Positions 51,270-61,973 of a stretch of 64,000 bases of DNA are shown piece by piece. The DNA is from an uncultured virus (IMG/VR IMGVR_UViG_3300035497_000625). Its lineage: Duplodnaviria > Heunggongvirae > Uroviricota > Caudoviricetes. The notes below the pieces were generated by a model that was not told the DNA's origin, searched no databases, and saw only the letters and a program-made list of their open reading frames with translations. Position 1 is the first letter of the stretch; each line of letters starts with the position of its first letter. A program made the position numbers and the translations under genes. The stretch lies in IMG/VR virus record IMGVR_UViG_3300035497_000625; one strand, given 5' to 3'.

Positions 51270-54200
51270 TTATTTACGAAGGATAACAGAAGATCCAATT
51301 GGATTAGATGCTTCGTTAATACGTTCTTCCATTAAGTCTAACATTGATTCTACATCGTAATCACTTGAAATTGATTCTATGTTAAGATTGATACTAACAG
51401 TTCCTCCTGTATATGATGTGTTGGAGTTATTGGTTACGTTATTGAGAGTTGAGGAAATGTTGGATATAGGAGATTCTGTTTGGTTAACTAGTGGAGTTGA
51501 AAGATTCATTGAACGTAGTGCTTGAGCTAATGCTGCGATGTTACTTGTATCTTCTGGGTCTAAGAATGCTTCTGGTTCTGATTTTGTACCATCTACCCAA
51601 GCTGGACCAGTAAAGTCTACCATACCACCTGATGCGTAATGTTTTACAGAAAGATTTTTTCCTTGAGAACTTAAATACTGTGCATTAGAATTGATAAAAT
51701 CTTGTGCCTCTTGCTCACTAGTAAACCAGTTTTCATTACTAAGAGGAGTACCAGAAGCTTCTAAACTATGTAGGCTTTCCAAATCATCTTTTCCATTAAC
51801 ACTAACGTAATATCGTTCTGAAGCTTCGGACATCCTTTGATTTTCTAAATCTTGTATATACTGCACACAATTGTTCTGTAATTGACGAATTTGTTCATCA
51901 ATACCAGATATTACAGTCGCAGCATCTGTACCTAATCCTTTCAATGCTTCATCTAAATTTTGAGTAGCAGTATCAAGATCTGCTTGAGCTGTTGACAAAT
52001 CTTGTTCTGCAGTGGTTAATGCTTCTAAAGTAGTCGACTCTGTATCATAAGCATCTTTAACTGCTTGTGCTCTAGTTTCTGCAGCTTCTTGTGTTTTTGT
52101 AGTCACGTCATCCAAAGCTTCTTGATAAGCAGTTTGCATTTTTACTAAATTTTCTTCAGCATTAGTAACTGTTTCTTGTGCAGATTCAATAGCTGTTTGA
52201 GCTGTTTCTATAGCCTCATCTCTAGCAACTACACCAGCTTCTAGCACTTGGTTTCCTACTTCAGTACTAATATTTAATGTTGTAAGTATTTCATTAACAC
52301 TATCCACATCTGCTTGAATTGCATCTGTAATGCTACCTCCAACATCAGCTAATACTTGTTGAACAGCTTCAAGACTAATAGCATTTGTATAATCAGTTTC
52401 AGCTTCTTGTGCATATTGAACTTGAGCTTCAGTACTCATGTCTTGAACAGATGAATCATTGCTCATAAACCATTCAACAGCATCAGCAGAATCTGTCCAT
52501 CCCTGAATAATTTCATTAGCTTGAATCCACCAATCAGTAGTTTCCATCAAAGCGTTTAAATATTCAATTTCTTCTTCTCTTGCCTTTTGTTGAGTTTCAT
52601 ACATTTCTTGCATAGAGGAAATTAAATTATCAACTTCTTTATCAAGTAATGATTGACGAGTGTTTTCAACTTCATCCTCAAGTGTTGCAACTTCTTTTTG
52701 ATTAGCTCCAGAGGTATCTCTTGACATTAAAGATAATTTCTTTTCTTTTGTTGCTAATTCTTCATATTGACTTGCTTGATCTCTTAAATCACGTTGTTTC
52801 TGAATTGCATCCTGTAGAGCACTGATATAATCATCATCTGCCTCTTTTAAATTATCATATTTATCTTGTACTGCATCTATCTCTGCTTGAGCATTTTCTT
52901 TTAAAATTTTAACTACTTTATCTTGAGTTGATATATAATTTTTTAATGCTGTTGTATAATAGTTCTCCCATTCATCTTCAAGAGCTTCCATTTCTTCAGT
53001 TGCAGTTGCCATTGAGTCTACTTCTTTATTATATTCTGCTTGTAATTTTACTAATGCATCTTTAATAGCATCACTTGCATCTGCATTTTCAAGAGCACTG
53101 GTGTCAAGCATCATTCGTCCATCAACAGTGAATTGAACTGAATCACGAACATTGGCATATGCGTCATTACTATAAAGGTCAGATAACATATTATCTAAAC
53201 TTTGTTGTGTAGATTGTTTTTCTGCTTCAAGTAAATTCATTTTTTCTTTTTGTGCCGCAATATAGGCTTCTGTACTAGAAACCATACTATCCAAATCTGA
53301 AGCATCTTCCATATTTGATTTTAAGGTTTTTAAACGAGTATTTAATCCAGTTAACATTTGATTTGCTGAATCTAATCGTTCAAGGCCGCTATCCCAATCA
53401 GCAGAACCATGAATTGCTTCATATAAATCTTCTTGAGCTTCTGCAAGTTTTTCTTGGGCATCTGCTAAAGTATCATACGCATCTTGTAATGATTTTAAAG
53501 CACTCTCTGCAGCTTCTTCTGCTTCTTTAATCGTTTTAGCTTCTTCTTCATATGCATCAGCAATAGCTTTTTCTCGTACTGCTGCTGCATTGTCTGCTGC
53601 TTCTTTTGCTTCATCATATGCTTCTTGTTTTTCTTTTAAAGTTTTTTCCGCTTCATCTACTGCATCTTGTGCCTCTTGAATTGTTTCTTTTATTGCTTCA
53701 AGTAGTGAAACTTGATTTTGAAATTCTAATGAGATTTCTTTTTCTGCCTCTTCTGTTCGTTCTGCAATTTGATCTGTTAAAGTCGATTGTTCTTTTAGTA
53801 ACTCAGTTTTTTCTTCTTCTAATTCAGTAGTATCCATACCTAATTTTTTATAATTTGCTATTTTATTATCTAATTCTTGAATTTGAGATGTTACAGTATT
53901 TAAACGTTCTTGTTCAGTTCCTAATTCTTTTTTCAATGCTTCTTCATTTGTTGCAATTGTTTCTGAAAATAGATTTTGCACTTTCTCCATTTTAATTTCA
54001 AATTTACCAGTATCAATATCTAATTCATACACATCACTTAATCCAGCTTCATCGAGAGTGTTTAATTGTTCTCTAGTTAAGCCAATAGACGTATCAATCT
54101 CATCCATTATTGAAGTAATTGTATCAGCTTGAGTAACCATTGTTTCTCCTGCTTCTTTTGCTGATGTGATTAATGTATTAAAAGCAGTTGCTGATCCATA

Positions 54201-57200
54201 TTCAAATGAACCTACTAAATCATTAATATCTCCAAACACTGATTTAACTTTTTCTAAAGCTTCATTAAAACTAAGAGCACCACTTGAATCTGTCATTAGC
54301 TGTTCGGCCAAGTCTTCCATTGTTTCTTCTACATTTAAAGGATTCACTTCGTCCCAGTTAACATTTGCATTTAATATCAAATCTAATTCATTTTCTGATA
54401 ATACACTATCCTCGTCATTTAATATATTAGTCAACATTGTTTGAAGTTTTTCTTTGGCTTGTGCTTGAGCTTCATCTCCAGTAACATTATTAGCAATAAA
54501 ATTGGACATTGTTGAGATAGTTGTAGGATCAATTTGAGTAAAAAGATCCGCCCACATACCCTGGCCTTGATCTCTAAGAGCATCTCCAGCAGCTTCAAAA
54601 TCTCCATTTTTTATTGCATCAGTAAAAGCAGTTGCTGCATCTTCTGACGTAAATAGATTAGAGAAAAATCCTCCAGTAATTTGTCCGCCTTCATTCTGTG
54701 TTAAAAACATATTTGCATATTGTTCATAATCAACAGTAGCTGCAGATTCAATATTGTCTTTATAAGCATCTCCATATTGACCTTCTAACTTTTGAATACT
54801 TTGCTGGTATTCATCAAGAGACATTGTGCTTATATTTTCACTTACTTCAGCAAAGCTATCAACTAATTGCTCTGGAATTTCTTCTGCTGCAGTTTGCATA
54901 TCATTTTCAATATACTGAGTAAATGTATTATCTCTAATAAGTTTTGCTAAATGTTCTGCATCTCCTCTCATGTTAACAAATGTATCTGCAGTTAAGCCTG
55001 TGATTGCTGATAATGTTTCTTCGGATAAGTTTACAGCTTCGGCCGCACTCGAAAAATCTTCTGCATTTATTAATGATGACATAAAATCTGAGCCTTCAGA
55101 GAGTGCTGCTGGATCTAAATTGGTTAATGATTTAAATTCTTCATTAATATATTGACTAGTTTTTTCTATTGCCTCTTGATCATCTTCAAGTAATAAACGT
55201 TGTAATTCAATAAGCTCATCAGCTGCATCAGTATTTGTTACCATACTAGCTTGCGTTGCTCCTACTGTTGCAGTAATATTACTTTGATAATTTTGACGTT
55301 GTGATTCTATATATCGTTGGTTAGACGCTTCATCTGCTTCATTAATAATGTCATCAATTCCCTCTTGCTCGTCTAATATTTGTTGATAAAATTCTAACGC
55401 ATCTTGATTATTATCTAAAATTTGTTGCAGCACATAAGAAAGATCAACTTCTCCTTGTGTACCATGCTCTTTATAATAATCGTCAAATAATTTTAACATT
55501 TGATTAATTTCATCAGCTTTATTATCATCTGCTGCTATACGACCTGAGGCAATGGCGGTCGAATAATTATCATTTATTGCTTGACTAATACTATCATAAT
55601 CTGTTAATCCTTGATTGATAACATCTTGTAAAGCTGAAAAATCAGCAGAAGTACCTGTCTCATAAATATCTGTAGTGTATGTAGTATCTCCATTCTCATT
55701 AGTCTTAGTATAAAAACCGCCTTCTAATTGAAGTTTAGCTTTTTGATTTTTTGTTTTTTCAAGTTCATATTCTTCTGCATTTACATTACTCTGAGTGCCA
55801 AGAGCTATTGCTTGAGATAATTCCGCAATTTCTTTTGCATCTTCTAATTGCTGATTCCACAAATCTTCACTAATAATTAATTTATTATTCATTTCATCAT
55901 AATATGCAACTGTATCTGAATATTCATCATTTATTGTTTCAACTAACTCATTGTATCTTTCTTGTTCATCCTCAGTTAAACTAATTTTATTATTTAATTC
56001 ATCCCATTCTTTTTTTACACTCTCCATTGTTGAAACTGCTTGTTGATCTGCTTTTGCTGTAGATGTAGTAGTTTCGGCAGCTTCTTTTAAATCTTCAAGA
56101 TTTTTTTTCATAGTTGAAATCTCTGCATCTAAGCTCTCAGATAAAGAAGTCCATACATTGTTTTTCTTATAATAATTATAAATTAGTGCACCTAAGCCAA
56201 CAACTACAACTGTTCCTATTGCTATAGCAGCTAGAGCGGCTGGATTTGATAATATAGGAATAAGTGTAGGGATAAACGCGGCGAGTTGCTTTCCTAAAAA
56301 AGATATAAATTGAGGAACTAATTGAGAAATCATGCCTGTTACTAAAGTTAAACCAGTTGTCTTTAAAGCAGTTGAAAAATCTCCTGTAGAAATAGCAGTA
56401 ATAATTCCACTAGTAATTGCAGATCCTATTGAAGATTTAAATGCACCTTTTATTGCACTTGCTGCACTATTAACTACTGGACCAAGAGCACCAAAAGAAT
56501 TACTTAAATTTTGAGTTGCTTGCTGTAATTGTTGACTAGATGCTGACCCTTCTCTGACTGCTTGAATATATTGTCGTAAAGCTGTAGTCGTATTTTCCTC
56601 ATTAGTTATATCTTGCTGAAGAACTACTCCCATTTGTTGTAATTTTGCAACGAACTGATCATATGCTGCAGTGCCAGCAGTAAGTTCTTCAGTTCCACCC
56701 ATTTTTTTATATAATTCATTTACTTCTGTTTCTGTTAATTCCGTAACAGAACCAACTTGTTGTAATTTAGTATAAAAATCAGTTAATGCTTGAGCAGAAA
56801 TAGGCTGATCAGCTAAAGAAAAAAGATTCTTTTGTCTATTAGTTAATTCTAAAAATTGAGTATTAATTTTTTCCATTTGTTGATTAAATGCGCTTGTTGC
56901 TTGTTGAAGATTTTGCTCTAATTGTTTTTTTGCATTATCAGAAAAAATTAAACTACTAACTTTTGTTCCTATCTTACTTTTGCTTAAAACTGTCGCTATT
57001 CCTGTATTAATAGAATTACCAGCTGTACTTGCAGCTGTTTTAAATGCAGGAGTAACCTGTTTGTTAAAAACATCTGCTACAGTTCCAATATTTGTTTTCA
57101 TGCCATTAATAAATTGAGAAACAAAGTTTTTACCAACTGTTAAGCCGATTACAGCAATAAATGCCAAATCTTTTATACTAATATCTTTTTTAATCCCACT

Positions 57201-57678
57201 TAATAATTTATTACCTAAATCTAAAGCATCTTTATAAACATCCTGATCCAATAACGAAACTCTTAATTGCTCCCAAGTATTTTGAATTTGTTCAATTTTA
57301 TATTGAACAGTATCTTGATATTTATTAAATTGTACAGTTGATTGTCCAGTTGACTCATAAGCTGTTGCTTGTAATTCAAGTGTTCTATCATAATCACTCA
57401 TCATTGCAATAAATCTCGACTGTTGCCTACTACCCGCCGCGGTAGTTGCGATATAACGTTGAGTATTTCTATCAAGTGTATCCCATTTTTCTGCCAATTC
57501 AAGAAAGACATCATCTAGATCTCTAAATTGACCACTAGCATCTTTAATTGAAATACCAACAGACTTTAATGCTGTATCTACATCATTATAATCAAGATCA
57601 TCAAATTCACTATCTGCTGCAGATACATTTTCTTTTAATTCTGTAAATCTTGCAATGATGGTTTTCATTGCTGTACCG
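51270..57678 (-). CDS. Tail tape measure protein, exon 4
   Basis: GTAMKTIIARF, W..LDRNTQRYIA...AGSRQQSRF, TM region, long coiled coils, YASGG.VDFTGPAWVDG. Confidence 0.9.
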
Positions 57679-58579
57679 CAATATCTTCAAATTATAAATT
57701 TTGCTCTATAGCTTTTTTCGCCAATTGATATTTTCTATCTAAATAGATAGAAGCATCATCATATAACATATGTAAAATTTTATTTACTTCTCGTTTTCCA
57801 CTTACTACAAATTTTGGAACACTTCTATTTCTATCTAATTTCTTATTAATTTGCCATAAATTCATTACATAATTTAATATATCTTCTGTTCCAACCAAAT
57901 TAATTCGATATCTAATTGAATTAACACTATTTTTTTGTGGATAAATACTACCATCGCCATCAAATAATCCTCTGCTCCAATGAATTAATAACTCATTTGA
58001 CATTTGCATTTGAGGTGTTAAAGTTAACGATTTTTTTCTGTATAAACCTTGTTTTTCTAAATCTAAACAGATTTTTTGATCATATAACCTAAAAAAACGA
58101 TAAGGTTTATTTTGATTATTAATTTTATCTTTATATGGTGCATTTGTTTCTAAAAAGTTTTGAAATTTTACTATATGTTCTTTATCTTTGTCTGCCAATC
58201 CTAGAATTAATTCACCTCGTTCTGGATCAACATATCCGTCAGCGTATAAAAAACCTAGCCAATAAGCTTTTTCTTCTGAATCAATCTTCTCAAAAACATT
58301 TGAATTGCGTTCATAAATCATATTTAATTCTCCTTTAAATATTAAACTTATTAAATTTATAATTCTGCACATATAGTGCCTTTAGCTTCTTTTTGTTATA
58401 CTAAAGTTGAGACTGTCGCACGCCCATTGACATGGGCCTCTTTCACTCAGTCGTTCACGGTGCTTATTCGAGCAATCTCGATGAGCTTCCGCCCTGTTAT
58501 CCACTGCTGGATGTCCAAGTCAATTAGAAAGAGTTATTCAATGCAGTTTATGTATTATGCTGCAAGGACACCGTACTTG
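57679..58579 (-). mobile_element. Group I intron 3 of tape measure gene (901 nt) with LAGLIDADG ORF
   Basis: P1 ACAU/GUGU with U.G; P3 CTCTTTC/GAAAGAG; P7 GACTG/CAGTC; terminal G 57679; splice AT|C GGT. Confidence 0.88.
57692..58321 (-). CDS. Intron-encoded double-motif LAGLIDADG homing endonuclease
   Basis: AYWLGFLYADGYV and WSRGLFDGDGSI, YLDRKY; ATG 58321 follows AGGAG. Confidence 0.9.
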   Translation of the reverse strand: MIYERNSNVFEKIDSEEKAYWLGFLYADGYVDPERGELILGLADKDKEHIVKFQNFLETNAPYKDKINNQNKPYRFFRLYDQKICLDLEKQGLYRKKSLTLTPQMQMSNELLIHWSRGLFDGDGSIYPQKNSVNSIRYRINLVGTEDILNYVMNLWQINKKLDRNRSVPKFVVSGKREVNKILHMLYDDASIYLDRKYQLAKKAIEQNL

Positions 58580-58609
58580 ATGTTTTCAGGCGCTTCTTGA
58601 GTTGTTTCT
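58580..58609 (-). CDS. Tape measure protein, exon 3 (30-nt micro-exon)
   Basis: A GAA ACA ACT CAA GAA GCG CCT GAA AAC AT = (I)ETTQEAPEN(I). Confidence 0.85.
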
Positions 58610-58895
58610 CCTTTCTACCGTCTTTTTCAAGATACTTTAACACCTATAAGGTCGGAGTAGACTATACCATTATCCATTATTACTTGGATACCGCTTGGTA
58701 GTCGTTGAGGGCTTGAAATTAAATATTCCAATCCCTGCGGATTACCCAATCTTTACTATTGTTACTATACTGAGGTCATTACTCTCACCATATTATAAAA
58801 TACTTAGTAAGTAAAGCTCTAAGGGCTTTCCCGCATATTCACGGTTCAATATAATATTACTATTATAAGGGACTTTTGTGACTTAAGTCACGTTA
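58610..58895 (-). mobile_element. ORF-less group I intron 2 of tape measure gene (286 nt)
   Basis: Exon ends ATG AT (U); P3 ACCG/CGGT; P4 TGCGG/CCGCA; P7 GACTA/TAGTC; terminal G 58610. Confidence 0.85.
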
Positions 58896-59179
58896 ATCAT
58901 TTGAGTAATAAAAGCAGACGTAGTTTCAAAGTCCATACCTGCATTCGCAGCAATTGACGCTGTTTTACTCATAGCGTATGCTATACCATCAACGTCTGCC
59001 GCTGCGCTTGCAGCTAGAGATGAATAAACGTCTGTTACTCTTGAGCCTTCATCCATTTCCATATTAAATCCACGAAGTGCCGCTGTCATTTGTTCTGTTG
59101 CTGTACTAAAATCACTACCAGATAAAGTAGCCAATTTCATGGTATTGGTTGTCAAACTTAACGCTTCATTTGTATCCAA
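58896..59179 (-). CDS. Tape measure protein, exon 2
   Basis: LDTNEAL...MTAALRGFNM...VTDVYS.LAA...AMSKTASIA.NAGM.FE, TMP core domain. Confidence 0.88.
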
Positions 59180-60423
59180 CAATTTTCTTATTTTTAAAAA
59201 CGTTACTTTTTAAACTAGTTTATACTACTCTATATCTCTATAGAAGTTGAGACTATATCAAACCATAAAGGTATCACTACTTCGGATCACTTGATCCTAC
59301 ACAGTCCTTGACCGACTGTTAGTCGTTGAACTTTTTTCCTAAAATCAATAGGAAACTTAGCTGCTGATTTTCCAAATCTTTATATTATCACCATACCTTA
59401 TCTACAATCAGCCGCGAAATTATTACTAATTTCGTTTGGTAATAAAGATTTAAGGACCTTCCAGCAATCCAATGATTTTCAAGGGTTGGTAGGGAAGAAT
59501 TATATTTCTTCCCAATAAAATCCGCAACTCATTCCATGTCGCTTAGCTGCACTACTAATAGCAGCATAAGTGACACCATATTCTTTTGCGGCGGTAGTAA
59601 AACTTGGCCATTCTTTTATTAAATTATGGTTTTTGTCATATTGAGCAACTTTATGCTGACCTTTATGACCATTCTTTTGAGCATTTATCATATTTTCTGA
59701 ATTAGTAATACATCTTAAATTGCTCAAATCATTATTTGAACGATTACCATCTATATGATCAATTACATAATCTTTAGGAATTTCACCTTTAAAAGTTTCC
59801 CAAACTAATCTATGTGCAGAAAACATTTTGTCTTGTAAATTAAAACGGACATATCCATTACGCTTTGTGCCATAAGATAATTTTTTAGTTACACAATTTT
59901 TTATAACACCATTATTAGAAATTTCATATATACCTTCAAATCCTTTAAGAGGTCTCCATTCTACATTATCAACACTAACTTTAGTCACTGCATTAATTTT
60001 ATTCTTTTTTATTGGTTCTTCACACCATTGAAGATTATCAACATTATTATTATACTTATTACCATCAATATGGCTTACCATTGAATAATTATTAGGATTT
60101 GGTATGAAAGTTTCTGCTACTAAACGATGTACCATCACGCTTTTTGCTTTACCATTAATAGTAAGTTGTACATTACGATATTCATTTCTCGCTAGAGTTC
60201 CTTTTAATTCTCTCTTGGTTTTAAGATTTATAACTATGCCTTCTGTATTAATTGTATAGTCTGTTTCCTGTCCATCAATCATAATTCTTTTTGTTTCACT
60301 CATAATTTAATTCCTCCGATATATTATTTTATATTTTATACTAAGATCTCTTTCTTAGTATGTATATATTATATCATAGGATACAAAAATAGTCAATACT
60401 ATCCATTTTTATAATCTAGGTTT
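59180..60423 (-). mobile_element. Group I intron 1 of tape measure gene (1244 nt) with HNH ORF in the P1 loop
   Basis: Core lies after the HNH stop: TGCTG/CAGCA (P4), GTTCAACGACTA and ATATAGTC (P7), terminal G 59180; guide CCAACCCTTG complements the junction CAAGGG|TTGG. Confidence 0.82.
59500..60303 (-). CDS. Intron-encoded tandem HNH (NUMOD4/HNH x2 + NUMOD1-like) endonuclease
   Basis: VHRLVA..FIPNP..HIDGNK.NN..NL.W and AHRLVW..IDHIDGNRSNN.LSNL; C-terminal VAQYD...IKEWPS...AAK. Confidence 0.9.
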   Translation of the reverse strand: MSETKRIMIDGQETDYTINTEGIVINLKTKRELKGTLARNEYRNVQLTINGKAKSVMVHRLVAETFIPNPNNYSMVSHIDGNKYNNNVDNLQWCEEPIKKNKINAVTKVSVDNVEWRPLKGFEGIYEISNNGVIKNCVTKKLSYGTKRNGYVRFNLQDKMFSAHRLVWETFKGEIPKDYVIDHIDGNRSNNDLSNLRCITNSENMINAQKNGHKGQHKVAQYDKNHNLIKEWPSFTTAAKEYGVTYAAISSAAKRHGMSCGFYWEEI

Positions 60424-61959
60424 CCCTTGTTGGTAGAAAAGTGCACTCGATGCTATTACGTCTTTAGTAGATTGACCAAGTTCATTAGCCATTGCAGCAT
60501 AGTCACCATAGCTACTCCACATATCGCTAACATCATAATCAGTAACCATTGCTATAGAAGCAAAACTAGCATCCAATTCTGCTAAGTCTTGAGTCGTTGC
60601 TTGAATTTGTTGTTTAACTTGATTCCAAGCGTTACCAATGGACAAGATTTGAGTAACTCTATTTTTTAAATTATCAAAAGCGGCATTAATTTTTTCTTGA
60701 GCTGCAGATTCCTCTTTTTGTTGCTCAACAGATTTTTGAACAGCTGTGGTATACTCATTCATACTTGTAACGCCATTCTCTAATCCAGTCGTTATTGTCT
60801 CATTAGCTTCAGACGCTGCTTGATCTCTTGCTTGTTCTGCCGCCTGTACATTTGCTTCTGCAGCTGCTTGTTCACTCAATCTTTGATTAACAGTGGCAAG
60901 TGCTGCTTCTTGTTGTCTATACGTTTCAAGGTCAGCAGCTTCAGTCGATCCTTCAGCGGCATAATTAATACCATTTGCACTTGTTGAAGTATCAAAAGTG
61001 TGTTCAACATTCGTACTTGCATTTTCAGCCGCTTGTTGTACATCTTGTAAATCTGCAACAAACTGTTGAGTAAACTCTTCTTGATTTTCTATAATTGCGC
61101 CATAGCTAGAAAAAGTATTAATCAAATCTTGAATTGCAGTTTGAGTTTCTTTCGCTCCACTTGTAACATCTGATAAAGCTTGTTGATAAAGTTGAGTTGC
61201 TTCACTATTTGCTCTATCATTAAAAGTTGAATAATCGACGTGTCGTTGGTTGTCTTTTCTTGCCTTCCAGTCAGATTGTGCACCCTCTTCTGTATTACCA
61301 GTTAAACTTGGAAGGTTTGTACTAGTTCTTTGTTTACTAACTTTATAGTTTGATGAGCTTAAGTCAACTGTTTTAGTTTCAATTGCATTCTTTGCTGCGG
61401 CTTCTTCAGCTTCTTTTGTTTCTAAGTCATAGATTTCTTGACGAGTTTGACGTTCTTCTTCTAATAGACTATTGAATTTTTCTTGGTCACTAATACTTTC
61501 AGCTAGTTGTTTTGCTCTATCTTCTCCAACGCCTTCACTAGTAAATTTTGTTACTATCTGTTGATTTTGAAGTTGTTGAGTTGATTTAATTTCGTCTTTT
61601 AAACTTTGTAAAGCTTTTTGAGCATCTTTAACTTTTTCAATATATTCTTCTGGTGCTGTGTATTCTACTTTTTGACTAATTTTTTCTAGGTCTTGAGCAG
61701 TACGTTCATATAGAGAATTAAGTTTTGCAACGTCTTTATTATAATTCTCCATATCTTTTGTATTACTGAAACCTTCCTTAGCTTTTTTTGCTAATTGTTC
61801 AGCTTGTTTTTCAATTGCTTTAATTTGTGTATCGACATTTCCAAAAAGTTTTGTATCTGCTCCCTGAGATTCCATTTGAGAACGGATTTTCTTTAGAGAG
61901 GAGATTATTTCGGATGCATCGAACGTGCCTTTAAAGGCTATTGTTTGTGTAGTTGCCAT
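60424..61959 (-). CDS. Tape measure protein, exon 1
   Basis: Coiled-coil N-terminus ending ELD.....IAMVT...LG.ST.DVI..S.LFYQQG. Confidence 0.88.
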
Positions 61960-61973
61960 TTACTTCACTCCTA

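Noticed and set aside
1305..61061. Short overlapping track ORFs (e.g. 1305-1487, 18165-18410, 19107-19544, 41412-41597, 54166-54444)
   Set aside because: Shadow frames of longer genes or repeats, without RBS or recognisable motifs
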